Of a stretch of DNA of 58,140 nucleotides, positions 10,424-20,183 are shown piece after piece. Where the stretch lies: NCBI GenBank assembly GCA_032162105.1, contig JAVRPS010000446.1. One strand, written 5' to 3'. The stretch comes from Mycobacterium sp. GTDB taxonomy: Bacteria > Actinomycetota > Actinomycetes > Mycobacteriales > Mycobacteriaceae. Within the stretch, counting starts at the first letter, position 1. Each line of letters starts with the position of its first letter. The notes under the pieces are model-generated. The model was not told the DNA's origin. It worked only from the letters and a program-made list of their open reading frames with translations, and did no database searches. Position numbers and translations under genes: made by a program.

Positions 10424-11200
10424 GTGCCTGCCAGCCGAACCGATCTGTTCGCCAGGCGGGCCACCTTGGCGCGATCGGTACGCCTGCTCAGCGAGTTCCG
10501 GTTCGAACAGCGCGATCCGGCCCGCTTCTACGGCGCACTGGCCGACGACACCGTCACACTCGTCACCTCGTTGTGGACCTCACTGCACGGCACCGTACCG
10601 ACCCGGCGCACCCTGCTCGACGTGGGCGGCGGGCCTGGCTACTTCGCCACCGCGTTCATCGATGCCGGGCTGAACTACGTCGGCGTCGAACCCGACCCCC
10701 GAGAGATTCATGCGATGCATACCGACCCTTGCGAAGCCGGCGCGGGCATCTTCGTCCGGGCCTCGGGGCTGGCGCTGCCGTTCGCCGACGGCAGCGTGGA
10801 CATCTGCCTGTCGTCGAACGTCGCCGAGCACGTCGCGCAGCCCTGGCGACTGGGCCGCGAGATGCTGCGGATCACCAGGCCTGGCGGGCTGGTGGTGCTG
10901 TCCTACACCGTGTGGCTCGGTCCGTTCGGTGGCCACGAGATGGGGTTGACGCACTACCTCGGCGGCGCGCGTGCCTCAGAGCGCTACACCCGCAAACACG
11001 GTCATCGGCCGAAGAACGACTACGGCTCGTCGTTGTTCGCGGTGTCGGCGGCCGACGGACTGGAATGGGCTGCGAGCACCGGGGTGCTGGTCGCCGCATT
11101 TCCGCGCTACCACCCACGATGGGCCTGGTGGATGACACGCGTGCCCGTGCTGCGGGAGTTTCTGGTCAGCAATCTGGTGCTCGTGCTGCAGCCGTGCTGA
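10424..11200 (+). CDS. mtrP: Class I SAM-dependent methyltransferase (MtrP/Rv0224c-like)
   Basis: LDVGGGPG SAM motif, LPFADGSVD, SSNVAEH. GTG at 10424 avoids overlap with the divergent GT4 gene. Synteny. Confidence 0.8.
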   Translation: MPASRTDLFARRATLARSVRLLSEFRFEQRDPARFYGALADDTVTLVTSLWTSLHGTVPTRRTLLDVGGGPGYFATAFIDAGLNYVGVEPDPREIHAMHTDPCEAGAGIFVRASGLALPFADGSVDICLSSNVAEHVAQPWRLGREMLRITRPGGLVVLSYTVWLGPFGGHEMGLTHYLGGARASERYTRKHGHRPKNDYGSSLFAVSAADGLEWAASTGVLVAAFPRYHPRWAWWMTRVPVLREFLVSNLVLVLQPC

Positions 11201-11210
11201 ACCACTGAAC

Positions 11211-11224
11211 TGCAACAGGTTCTC
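11211..11224. promoter_or_regulatory. KstR-like operator TGCAACAGGTTCTC
   Basis: Matches TnnAACnnGTTnnA except at the last base. Lies upstream of the Rv0223c-type aldehyde dehydrogenase, a known KstR regulon member. Confidence 0.7.
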
Positions 11225-11255
11225 GTTTCGCGATTCGATGGGTAATGTGACGCTC

Positions 11256-12725
11256 ATGACACAGAGCACTGCCTTCAAGACCGAGTGGGACAAGCTGTTC
11301 ATCGGCGGCAAGTGGGTCGAGCCGGCCACGTCCGACGTCATCGAAGTGCACTCACCCGCCACCGGAGAGCTCGTCGGCAAGGTGCCGCTGGCGTCGGAGG
11401 CCGACGTCAACGCCGCGTGCGCCGCGGCCCGCAAGGCCTTCGACGAAGGGCCGTGGCCGCACACCTCCCCCGAGGAGCGGGCCGCCGTTCTCGGTGCCGC
11501 CGTGAAGATCATGGAGGAGCGCGCCGACGAGCTGAAGTTCCTGCTCGCCGCCGAGACGGGTCAGCCGCCGACCATCGTCGACATGATGCAGTACGGCGCG
11601 GCGATGGCGTCGTTCAACTTCTACGTCGGTGCCGCGGACAAGTTCACGTGGCAGGACATCCGCGACGGCATCTACGGCCAGACGCTGGTGCTCAAGGAGC
11701 CGATCGGCGTCGTCGGCGCGGTCACCGCGTGGAACGTGCCGTTCTTCCTGGCCGCCAACAAGCTCGGCCCTGCGTTGTTGGCCGGCTGCACCGTCGTGCT
11801 GAAGCCCGCCGCCGAGACCCCGCTGTCGGTTTTCGCGATGGCCGAGATGTTCGCCGAGGCCGGACTTCCAGAGGGCGTGCTGTCGATCATGCCCGGCGGT
11901 GCCGAGACCGGGCGCGCGCTGACCGCGAACCCGGAGTTGGACAAGTTCACCTTCACCGGCAGCTCGGGCGTCGGCAAGGAGGTCGCCAAGATCGCGGCCG
12001 AGAAGCTGAAGGCCTGCACCCTGGAACTCGGCGGCAAGTCCGCGGCGATCATCCTCGAGGATGCCGACCTGGACTCAACGCTGCCCATGCTGGTGTTCTC
12101 CGGATTGATGAACTGCGGTCAGGCCTGCGTTGGCCAGACCCGCATCCTGGCCCCGCGGTCGCGCTACGACGAGGTCGTAGAAAAACTTGCGGAAGCTGTC
12201 TCAAATATGCCGATCGGCCTGCCAGACAACCCGGGAGCCATGATCGGCCCGCTGATTTCCGAGAAGCAGCGCGAGCGCGTCGAGGGCTACATCAAGAGGG
12301 GTGTCGAAGAGGGCGCGCGGATCGTCACCGGTGGCGGCAGGCCCGAGGGTCTGGACGGCGGCTGGTTCGTCGAGCCCACCGTTTTCGCCGACGTGGACAA
12401 CTCGATGACCATCGCCCAGGAGGAGATCTTCGGACCGGTCCTCGCGGTGATCCCCTACGAGACCGTGGAGGACGCGATCCGGATCGCCAACGACTCCGTG
12501 TACGGGCTGGCGGGCAGCGTCTACACCACGGACTTCCCGAAGGCCCTGGAGATCGCGAAGAGGATCCGCACCGGCACCTACGCGGTCAACATGTACGCGT
12601 TCGATCCCGGTGCGCCGTTCGGCGGCTACAAGAACTCCGGCATCGGCCGCGAGAACGGGTGGGAAGGCATCGAGGCGTACTGCGAGTCCAAGAGCGTGCT
12701 GCTGCCCTTCGGCTACACGCCGTAG
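11256..12725 (+). CDS. Aldehyde dehydrogenase (Rv0223c-like)
   Basis: WNVP, LKPAAETP, FTGS, LELGGKS, GQAC catalytic Cys, EEIFGPV, PFGGYKNSGIGRE. TAATGT -10 box lies 7 nt before ATG 11256, suggesting a leaderless transcript. Confidence 0.93.
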   Translation: MTQSTAFKTEWDKLFIGGKWVEPATSDVIEVHSPATGELVGKVPLASEADVNAACAAARKAFDEGPWPHTSPEERAAVLGAAVKIMEERADELKFLLAAETGQPPTIVDMMQYGAAMASFNFYVGAADKFTWQDIRDGIYGQTLVLKEPIGVVGAVTAWNVPFFLAANKLGPALLAGCTVVLKPAAETPLSVFAMAEMFAEAGLPEGVLSIMPGGAETGRALTANPELDKFTFTGSSGVGKEVAKIAAEKLKACTLELGGKSAAIILEDADLDSTLPMLVFSGLMNCGQACVGQTRILAPRSRYDEVVEKLAEAVSNMPIGLPDNPGAMIGPLISEKQRERVEGYIKRGVEEGARIVTGGGRPEGLDGGWFVEPTVFADVDNSMTIAQEEIFGPVLAVIPYETVEDAIRIANDSVYGLAGSVYTTDFPKALEIAKRIRTGTYAVNMYAFDPGAPFGGYKNSGIGRENGWEGIEAYCESKSVLLPFGYTP

Positions 12726-12745
12726 CTCAACCCCGTCCCGCTCGC

Positions 12746-12802
12746 CGAGACGTACGTTTTGCAGCGTCCCACTCGAACTTCTTCCGCAGAACGTACGTTT
12801 CG
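12746..12802. repeat. Intergenic imperfect inverted repeat (REP-like element or bidirectional terminator)
   Basis: Arms CGAGACGTACGTTTTGC and GCAGAACGTACGTTTCG (15/17 complementary) between convergent genes. Confidence 0.7.
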
Positions 12803-12817
12803 CGTCACCCACGATGG

Positions 12818-14650
12818 CTAGAAGGACGCCTCACTGAGGTCCATAGCCGTCAGGTCGACCGATTCCACGATCCTGCGCTCAGACGCAAGGCGCGGGAGGA
12901 CGTTCTTGGCGAAGAACTTCGCCGCGGTGATCTTGCCTTCGTAGAAGGCACGATCCCGTTCGGATGGCCCCGCGTCGAGCGCCTGGAGTGCGATCTCCGC
13001 GTTGCGCAACAACAGCCAGCCGATCAGCACGTCGCCGACGGCAAGCAGGAACGGAACCGACTCCAGCCCAAGGCGATACAGGTCACGCGGGTTCTGCTGC
13101 GACGCGATCAGGTAGCCGGTCATGGTGACCACCATGGCCTGCAGGTCAGCCAGCGCGGCGGCCAGCACCTCGCGGCACTCCGCGAGTTCGGGACGCGACT
13201 CGCCGTCGAGGAAGACCTGAATCTGGCCTGCCACGTGACCAAGGGCGGCGCCGTGGTCTCGGGCGATCTTGCGGAAGAAGAAGTCCTGCGCCTGGATCGC
13301 GGTGGTGCCCTCGTACAGCGAGTCGATCTTCGCGTCGCGGATGTATTGCTCGATCGGGTAGTCCTGCAGGAAGCCCGAGCCACCGAAGGTCTGCAGCGAC
13401 TCGGTGAGGCATTGGTAGGCGCGTTCGGAACCGACGCCCTTGACGATCGGCAACAGGAAGTCGTTCACGCGTTCGGCCATCCCGGCGTCCGCCCCGGACA
13501 CCAAGGCCGCAGCGGCAGCGTCCTGGTGGGCGGCGGTGTACAGGTACAGCGCGCGGAGTCCTTCGGCGTAGGACTTCTGCACCAGCAGCGCCCGCCGCAC
13601 GTCGGGGTGGTGCAGGATGGTGACCCGCGGCGCGGTCTTGTCGGTCATCTGGGTCATGTCGGCGCCCTGGATGCGGGTCTTGGCGTACCCCAGGGCGTTG
13701 AGGTAGCCGGTCGAGAGCGTGGCGATGGCCTTGGTGCCCACCATCATTCGCGCGTATTCGATGATCTTGAACATCTGCGCGATGCCGTTGTGCACGTCGC
13801 CGACCAGCCATCCAACGGCGGGCCTGCCGTGCTGGCCGAACGTCAGCTCGCAGGTCGCAGACGCCTTGAGTCCCATCTTGTGTTCGAGACCGGTGACGTA
13901 GACGCCGTTGTGCTCACCGGGGTCGCCCGTCTCGGGGTCGGGCAGGAACTTCGGGACGAGGAAGAGGCTCAGCCCCTTGCTACCTGGCCCTGCGCCCTCC
14001 GGGCGGGCCAACACCATGTGGAGGATGTTCTCGAAGAGGTCGTCGGTGTCGCCGTTGGTGATGAAGCGCTTCACGCCGTCGAGGTGCCAGGTGCCGTCGG
14101 GTTGGGGGACGGCCTTGGTGCGTCCGGCGCCGACATCCGAACCGGCGTCGGGTTCGGTGAGCACCATGGTGGCGCCCCAGTTCCGGTCGATCGCCATGGC
14201 CGCCCAGTGCTTCTGCTGCTCGTTGCCGACGTGATGGAGGATGTCGGCCAGGATCGGCCCCGCGAGGTAGATGAAGGCCGCGGGCTGGGCGCCGAGCGCA
14301 AACTCGTTTATGGCCCAGGCCACCATGGCCGGCGCGGGCACGCCGCCGATCTCGTCGGACAGCCCGATGCGGAACCACTCACCCCGTTGCCAGGTGCGCA
14401 ATGACTTCTTGAACGGCTCGGGCACGGTGACGGTGTGCGCGTCCGGGTCGAACGTCGGCGGGTTGCGGTCGGTCTCGGCGAACGACTCGGCGAGGGGGCC
14501 CTCGGCCTGCTTGGCCGCCTCGCCGAGCATCTCTCGCACCGATTCGGCGTCGAGGTCGCCGAATTCGCCGGTCGCCAGGACCTTTTCCAGGTCGAGCACC
14601 TCGAAGAGGTTGAACTCGAGATCACGCACGTTGCTCTTGTAGTGACCCAT
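12818..14650 (-). CDS. Acyl-CoA dehydrogenase, FadE5-like long type
   Basis: [64 protein letters not shown]. Confidence 0.92.
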   Translation of the reverse strand: MGHYKSNVRDLEFNLFEVLDLEKVLATGEFGDLDAESVREMLGEAAKQAEGPLAESFAETDRNPPTFDPDAHTVTVPEPFKKSLRTWQRGEWFRIGLSDEIGGVPAPAMVAWAINEFALGAQPAAFIYLAGPILADILHHVGNEQQKHWAAMAIDRNWGATMVLTEPDAGSDVGAGRTKAVPQPDGTWHLDGVKRFITNGDTDDLFENILHMVLARPEGAGPGSKGLSLFLVPKFLPDPETGDPGEHNGVYVTGLEHKMGLKASATCELTFGQHGRPAVGWLVGDVHNGIAQMFKIIEYARMMVGTKAIATLSTGYLNALGYAKTRIQGADMTQMTDKTAPRVTILHHPDVRRALLVQKSYAEGLRALYLYTAAHQDAAAAALVSGADAGMAERVNDFLLPIVKGVGSERAYQCLTESLQTFGGSGFLQDYPIEQYIRDAKIDSLYEGTTAIQAQDFFFRKIARDHGAALGHVAGQIQVFLDGESRPELAECREVLAAALADLQAMVVTMTGYLIASQQNPRDLYRLGLESVPFLLAVGDVLIGWLLLRNAEIALQALDAGPSERDRAFYEGKITAAKFFAKNVLPRLASERRIVESVDLTAMDLSEASF

Positions 14651-14703
14651 GGCCGCGCCTTTCGCGATCGAACAGCGCCCCTCAGCCTAGCTTCGACTAC
14701 CGG

Positions 14704-15507
14704 TCAGTAGCCACGAAACTGGGCGGGCCGCCGCTCGACGAACGACTGCACGCCCTCCGCCGCATCCGCCGTGCCGAACAGGCGGGTGACCTCGGGCCGG
14801 AGCCGGTCGGCCGCTGCGGCGTCGCCTTGGGTGCGGGCCAGGTGGGCCGACGCCAGCGTGGCCTGGACGCCCAGTGGCGCGGCGCGGTCGGCGATGCCGT
14901 GGGCGATCTCGCGGGCCCGCGCCCTCGCCCCGTCCGCACCGTCGACGACCTCCTGGACCAGCCCGATCCGGTGCGCTTCGGTGGCGTCGAACTCGTCGCC
15001 GGTGAGCAGCCACCGCATCGCGTTTCCCCACCCGGCCTGCCGCGGCAGCCGGATCGTGGCGCCGCCGAACGGGTAGATGCCTCTGAGTACCTCCATCTGG
15101 GCGAACCGGGTGTCCGACGCAGCGATCCTGATGTCGGCCGCCAGCAGCAACTCGATGCCGAGGGTCAGGCAGCGACCCTGCGCGGCGGCCACCACCGGCT
15201 TGGTCCAGTCACCGTCGAGGCGCCACGGGTCGCGGCCGTCGTCGGGGAGCGGGTTGCGGCCCTCGGCGATGAGCGGCGCGACGTCGACCAGGTCCAGGCC
15301 CGCGGTGAAGTGGTCCCCGTGCGCGACGAGCACGCCGGCCCGCAGGGTGTCGTCGTTCTCCAGCAGGGCGTACGCCAGGGACAGGTCGACGAGCATGGCC
15401 ACGTTGAAGGCGTTGCGCTTGTCAGGTCGGTTCAGCCCCATCACCAGGACGTGCCCGTCGCGCTCGAGGGTCACGGTCTCCAACGTGGGATCGGCGGCGG
15501 TGGTCAT
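14704..15507 (-). CDS. Crotonase / enoyl-CoA hydratase family
   Basis: LNRPDKRNA, FTAGLDL, GIELLLAAD, EVLRGIYPFGGA. Confidence 0.9.
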   Translation of the reverse strand: MTTAADPTLETVTLERDGHVLVMGLNRPDKRNAFNVAMLVDLSLAYALLENDDTLRAGVLVAHGDHFTAGLDLVDVAPLIAEGRNPLPDDGRDPWRLDGDWTKPVVAAAQGRCLTLGIELLLAADIRIAASDTRFAQMEVLRGIYPFGGATIRLPRQAGWGNAMRWLLTGDEFDATEAHRIGLVQEVVDGADGARARAREIAHGIADRAAPLGVQATLASAHLARTQGDAAAADRLRPEVTRLFGTADAAEGVQSFVERRPAQFRGY

Positions 15508-15533
15508 GGGTGGAGTGAACTCCCATCTCCCAG

Positions 15534-15553
15534 ATTATGCAAGAGACCATAAT
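15534..15553. promoter_or_regulatory. Palindromic operator candidate 1, ATTATG-N8-CATAAT
   Basis: Perfect 6-bp arms upstream of the crotonase gene; a second copy lies at 15666. Confidence 0.6.
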
Positions 15554-15665
15554 CCTGGCGAGGGCGGTCGGAGGCGATGCTGGTCGTGCGCCGCCGTGCA
15601 CCTGCTGTTTACCGACAGCCACGTGTGATCCGGAATACATTCGTTGCCCCCATGTGTTGTGAGTT

Positions 15666-15683
15666 CTATGCTGAAAGCCATAG
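15666..15683. promoter_or_regulatory. Palindromic operator candidate 2, CTATG-N8-CATAG
   Basis: Same TATG-N8-CATA geometry as the site at 15534; lies just upstream of the small-ORF/TetR unit. Confidence 0.6.
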
Positions 15684-15698
15684 TCAGGAGGCGCGCCG

Positions 15699-15833
15699 AT
15701 GTGGATCGTTGAGGTCAACATCCTCGGTCGCAGATTCACGTACCGGGGACCCAACCGGACCCGGGCGTTCCGGCTCAGCCCTCGCACCGTGCAGTCGCGC
15801 CTGGCGCAGCTTCGGCACGTGCGAGCCGCTTGA
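15699..15833 (+). CDS. Small basic hypothetical protein, 44 aa (not in the ORF track)
   Basis: RBS AGGAGG, then ATG 15699 giving MWIVEVNILGRRFTYRGPNRTRAFRLSPRTVQSRLAQLRHVRAA. The stop overlaps the TetR start (TGATG). Confidence 0.6.
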   Translation: MWIVEVNILGRRFTYRGPNRTRAFRLSPRTVQSRLAQLRHVRAA

Positions 15834-16462
15834 TGTCGGCCATCGCCACGAAGGCCACGAACAAGCGCGGCAGCACCCGTCACCGGATGTTGTTGAGCGC
15901 CGCGGAGGTGTTGCGCGAGCGCGGTGCCGCCGGCGTCACGATCGACGAGGTGCTCACGCGTAGCGGCGCGCCGCGCGGGTCGGTGTACTACCACTTCCCC
16001 GAGGGCAGGAATCAGCTCCTCACCGAGGCCCTCCGGTTCGCGGGCGATTCCATTGCCGCCGACATCGACGACGCCGTCGGCCAGGGTGGAGTTGCCTTGG
16101 TACGCAACTTCGTCGAGTTCTGGGAGCGCACGCTGGTCGACAGTGACTTCAACGCCGGGTGTCCGGTGGTCGCGGCCGCGATCGGCTCTGCCGACGACGA
16201 CCCCGAGCTGAGCGCCGTTGCCGGCGAGATCTTCAACCGCTGGCGCGCTGCACTCACCCGCGCGTTCGTGACCGACGGCTTCGACGAGGCCGACGCCGGG
16301 TCACTTGCGGTGACCTGCATCGCCGCCATGGAAGGGGCGGTGGTGCTGTGCCGGTCAACCCGCAGCGCCGAGCCCCTTCGCGAGGTCGCCCAGCAGATCG
16401 AATTCCTGGTCAAGTCACGGGAGTTCGTGCGCCGCAACGGAATACCGGGCACCGAACACTAA
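15833..16462 (+). CDS. TetR/AcrR family transcriptional regulator
   Basis: HTH RERGAAGVTIDEVLTRSGAPRGSVYYHFP; GCPV motif in the ligand-binding domain. Confidence 0.92.
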   Translation: MSAIATKATNKRGSTRHRMLLSAAEVLRERGAAGVTIDEVLTRSGAPRGSVYYHFPEGRNQLLTEALRFAGDSIAADIDDAVGQGGVALVRNFVEFWERTLVDSDFNAGCPVVAAAIGSADDDPELSAVAGEIFNRWRAALTRAFVTDGFDEADAGSLAVTCIAAMEGAVVLCRSTRSAEPLREVAQQIEFLVKSREFVRRNGIPGTEH

Positions 16463-16980
16463 GCGGCGGCCCACCTGGCGCAGACGAAGTCACCGTTGAC
16501 CCCAGACTCGGCCAGCCGCCACTCCGATCGAACCGGCAGCACGGGCGCGCCCGAGCCCAGGGAGCACGGGGCATAGCTCACGATCATCTCGTCGATCAGG
16601 CCGGCAGCCACGAACTGCGCCGCGACGTGGCCGCCGCCGACCACCCAGACGTCCCTGCCCGCCGCCGCCGACACCAGTTTGGCGTGCAGTTCGGCGACGT
16701 CGCCGTCGAACGTCTGCACCGGGTGCCCGGCCTCGATGATCTCGGGGCGGCTGGTCAGCACCCACGACGGCTGCTCGTATATCCAGTCGCCGGGATGGTT
16801 CTTCACCACCCAGTCGTAGGTGGCTGATCCCATCGCAAGGGCGCCAACGGATTTCGCGAACGCCTCATAGCCGAACGGGCCATTGGCGTCGATGGCTCGA
16901 GACGTCAGCCAGTCCAGGCTGTCGGCGTCGTCGACGATGAACCCGTCCAGGCTCGACGCGGTGAAGTAGACGGTGGCCAT
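16459..16980 (-). CDS. Dihydrofolate reductase / RibD C-terminal family protein
   Basis: ASSLDGFI, MGSATY, VWVVGGG, GLIDE, LGSG. Confidence 0.88.
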   Translation of the reverse strand: MATVYFTASSLDGFIVDDADSLDWLTSRAIDANGPFGYEAFAKSVGALAMGSATYDWVVKNHPGDWIYEQPSWVLTSRPEIIEAGHPVQTFDGDVAELHAKLVSAAAGRDVWVVGGGHVAAQFVAAGLIDEMIVSYAPCSLGSGAPVLPVRSEWRLAESGVNGDFVCARWAAA

Positions 16981-16981
16981 G

Positions 16982-17902
16982 TCAGTTTCCTCTCATCCAG
17001 TCCAGTGGATCGCCGTGCTTGGTGGCGATTCCGTGGCGGGTCAGCATGGTGCGGGCGAGCTCCCGCCGGTGCGCGGAGTAGGTCAGGACGTGCGCGACGA
17101 TCCCGTACAGCTGAAACGACTCGGGTGGATCGCACAGCGCGTCGATCACCGTGTCCGTCAGCCGGCCCTGTTCGGCGTAGTCGACGACCATCGCGGTCCA
17201 CCGCGTCGCGACGTCGTCGTGATCGGCGGCGAGCCGGTCCGGCGGCCGCAGTTCCGGCCGGGTGGGCAGGTCGCGGCCCTCGATGCTGGCCAGCCACACC
17301 TCCTTGGACCACACGATCGCCCCGAGCACAGCCCCGACGCTCGGCTCCTCGCCGTCCCAGTCGAGGACGACCTGGTCCGGCGAAATCGGTTCGGCCCACT
17401 GGTCTTCCGACAAGCGGGCGGCCCGCGTGATCAGGTAGGCGGTGTCGGCGACGTCGTGCGCCATCATCAGCCGCGAGACGTCCGGTTGCTCAGCATCGCC
17501 GCCTGCGTCCAGCCACAACGACTGCGGCGGGTGAAAGTGCACGCCGTTGGGCGCGGGCAGCCGGAACCCCACGTCGGAGGCCTGCGACGGTGGAACGCCG
17601 AACGTCCGGCGGAACGCGCGGGAGAACACCTCGGGCGAGGACCAGCCCTCGTCGACGGCCACCGCCGCGACCCCCTCACCGCGCTGCAACCGCCACGCCG
17701 CGCGCTCGAGCATCACCCGCCGGCGCAACGCTGCGGGTGGCTCGCCGGTCAGCCGACTGACCTCACGGGAGAAGTGGAACTCCGAGGCGTGACTGCTCCG
17801 TGCCATCCCGGCGACGTCCGTGTTGTCTCCGCCGACGACGGCGTCGAGCAGCTCGCGCAGGCGATCGCGCCGCGGACCCGGTGAACTCGGTTGCACACTC
17901 AC
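16982..17902 (-). CDS. AraC-family regulator with an N-terminal HTH and a DinB-like C-terminal domain
   Basis: SEFHFSR and GWSSPEVFSRAFRRTFGVPPS AraC signature; C-terminal AHVLTYSAHRR. Start moved to a GTG near 17902 to avoid overlap with the divergent ACAD. Confidence 0.85.
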   Translation of the reverse strand: MSVQPSSPGPRRDRLRELLDAVVGGDNTDVAGMARSSHASEFHFSREVSRLTGEPPAALRRRVMLERAAWRLQRGEGVAAVAVDEGWSSPEVFSRAFRRTFGVPPSQASDVGFRLPAPNGVHFHPPQSLWLDAGGDAEQPDVSRLMMAHDVADTAYLITRAARLSEDQWAEPISPDQVVLDWDGEEPSVGAVLGAIVWSKEVWLASIEGRDLPTRPELRPPDRLAADHDDVATRWTAMVVDYAEQGRLTDTVIDALCDPPESFQLYGIVAHVLTYSAHRRELARTMLTRHGIATKHGDPLDWMRGN

Positions 17903-17993
17903 GGTCACCGAGTATCGTCGCGCGCCGCGTGCGGCGACATGACTTTTCCTGCTGCGTCGACGCGGGAACCTCGGCAGTAGACTCACCAATCCT

Positions 17994-20183
17994 GTGAGCG
18001 AATTCGACGCACTGTGCGCCAACGACGCCGAACTGGCCGAACTGCGGTCGGCCATCCGGGGCTTCCTCGCCGCCGATCGGGAGCGGTTCGGTTGGCTGCC
18101 CGCCGTCGACTGCTGGCTGTCGCGATGGGACGCCGACTTCAGCGTCCGCCTCGCCGACGCCGGGTTCGTCGGGCTGACCATCCCCGCCGAGTACGGCGGC
18201 CGGGCGCCGACGGTTGGCGCCGGCTATCTGCACCGCTACGTGGTCACCGAGGAATTGCTCGCCCAGGGCGCCCCGGTCGGCGCGCACTGGATCGCAGATC
18301 GACAGGTCGCCCCGGCGCTGCTGACCTACGGCACCGAGGAACAGCGCCGTCGCCTGCTGCCACGGATCGCGGCGGGCCGGCTGTACTCGGCGATCGGCAT
18401 GAGCGAGCACGGCGCGGGATCCGACCTCGCTGCAGTTCAGACCAGGGCGACCCGAACCGACGGCGGCTGGGTGCTGAACGGGACCAAGGTGTGGACCAGC
18501 GGCGCGCATCTTGCGCATCAAGTCGTGGTGCTGGCCAGGACCAGCCCGAGAGATCCCGAGCATCGCCACGCCGGGTTCAGTCAGTTCATCGTGCCGACCG
18601 ACGCGGCAGGGGTGACCGTCAGCCCGATCATCCTGATGGACGGTGAGCACCACTTCAACGAGGTGCTGTTCGACGGCGTTGCGCTGTCCGACGGCGACGT
18701 GTTGGGTGAGATCGGGGACGGTTGGCACCAGGTCACCGCGGAACTGGGTTTCGAGCGCAGTGGACCAGAGCGCATTCTGTCCACCGCCACAATGCTTTTC
18801 GCTGTCATTCGAACGCTGGCCCGGCAGGGCCGTATCGACGACAGGACCGCCGCCGAGGTCGGCGATCTGGTGGGCCGGATGATCTCGCTGCGGCAACTGT
18901 CGGTGTCCGTCGCGCGGGCGCTCACCGACGGTCAGGACGCGGCCGCCAGTGCCGCGATGGTCAAGGACCTCGGCACCCGGTTCGAGCAGGAGTCCGTCGA
19001 CGTCGCGGCCGACCTGATCGACGACGTCGAGCGCTCGTCCCCGGATGCTGCCCGCTTGCGCGCGATGCTGGCCACCGCACGCGTGCACTCGCCGCTGTTC
19101 ACGCTCCGCGGCGGCACCAACGAGGTGCTGCGCGGCGTGGTGGCCAAGAGCCGCGAGACGCTGCCTGCCGCACCGCGTGACGAGATCGACCGTCTCGTCG
19201 ACGACGTGGGGCGGCGCTCCTTCGACGCCAAGCTCGGGCGTCGCGGCCTTCCGGAGGAGTTCGACGCCGAGCTGTGGCGCACGCTCGAGGAGACCGGACT
19301 GACCCGGCTGACCAGTGCACAGGGCGCGAGTCTGCGGGAGTCGGCGGTGGTGCTCGACGGGCTCGCCCGCTGGGCGGCAGCGGTGCCGGTCGCCGAAACC
19401 GACCTACTCGCAGCATGGTTGGCGGAGCAGGCGGGCCTTCAAGTGCCCGACGCCGGGCCGATGTCCGTAGCCATCGCCGACGCGTCACCCGACGGCGGAA
19501 GGATCGCAGGCACGGCGACCGACGTACCGTGGCCCCGATCTGGTCCGGTACTGCTGGCCGTGCGTGCCGACGACGCCACCTTCGTCACCGTCCTCGACGA
19601 CGCCGAGATCGTCGACTCGCACACCTTGGCGGGCGAACCGCGCGGGGCGATCGCCTTCGACGTGCCTGCGGCCGACACCGTCGCACTGTCCCGCGCCGTC
19701 GGCGACGAGTTGGCGCGCCGCGGCGCGTGGGCGCGCTGCGTGCAGATCATCGGCGCCTTCTCGGCGGCCGCCGACCTCACGGTCAGGCACATCGGCGAGC
19801 GGAAGCAGTTCGGCCGCCCGTTGAGCAAGTTCCAGGCCGTCCAGCACGCGCTGGCCGAGATGCTCGGCCAGATCGAGCGGTCCAGGGCGGCAACGGTATT
19901 GGCTACCGCCGCGGCCGCCGACTTCGGGTTCGACAGCTCCAGGGCCGACTACGCGGTGACGGTGGCGAAGGTGGCGGTGGGTCGCGCGGTCGGCCCGGTG
20001 ACCACCATCGCCCACCAGTTGCACGGCGCGATCGGGACGACCATCGAGCATCCGCTGTGGCTGGCCACAATGCGTGCGCGCAGCTGGTCCGACGAGTACG
20101 GCACGACGGGGTGCCACGCGAGAAGGCTTGGGCGGATGGCACTGTCGGGCGACGATCCGTGGGATCTGGTGGTCGGCCCCTAA
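17994..20183 (+). CDS. Fused two-domain acyl-CoA dehydrogenase
   Basis: N-half: GMSEHGAGSDL, NGTKVWTS, FNEVLFD, RGGTNEVLR. C-half: ERKQFGRPLSKFQAVQH, AHQLHGAIG. Confidence 0.88.
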   Translation: MSEFDALCANDAELAELRSAIRGFLAADRERFGWLPAVDCWLSRWDADFSVRLADAGFVGLTIPAEYGGRAPTVGAGYLHRYVVTEELLAQGAPVGAHWIADRQVAPALLTYGTEEQRRRLLPRIAAGRLYSAIGMSEHGAGSDLAAVQTRATRTDGGWVLNGTKVWTSGAHLAHQVVVLARTSPRDPEHRHAGFSQFIVPTDAAGVTVSPIILMDGEHHFNEVLFDGVALSDGDVLGEIGDGWHQVTAELGFERSGPERILSTATMLFAVIRTLARQGRIDDRTAAEVGDLVGRMISLRQLSVSVARALTDGQDAAASAAMVKDLGTRFEQESVDVAADLIDDVERSSPDAARLRAMLATARVHSPLFTLRGGTNEVLRGVVAKSRETLPAAPRDEIDRLVDDVGRRSFDAKLGRRGLPEEFDAELWRTLEETGLTRLTSAQGASLRESAVVLDGLARWAAAVPVAETDLLAAWLAEQAGLQVPDAGPMSVAIADASPDGGRIAGTATDVPWPRSGPVLLAVRADDATFVTVLDDAEIVDSHTLAGEPRGAIAFDVPAADTVALSRAVGDELARRGAWARCVQIIGAFSAAADLTVRHIGERKQFGRPLSKFQAVQHALAEMLGQIERSRAATVLATAAAADFGFDSSRADYAVTVAKVAVGRAVGPVTTIAHQLHGAIGTTIEHPLWLATMRARSWSDEYGTTGCHARRLGRMALSGDDPWDLVVGP

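Noticed and set aside
11285-14404. 1039-aa ORF
   Set aside because: Off-frame of the aldehyde dehydrogenase and antisense to the ACAD; a stop-poor GC artefact.
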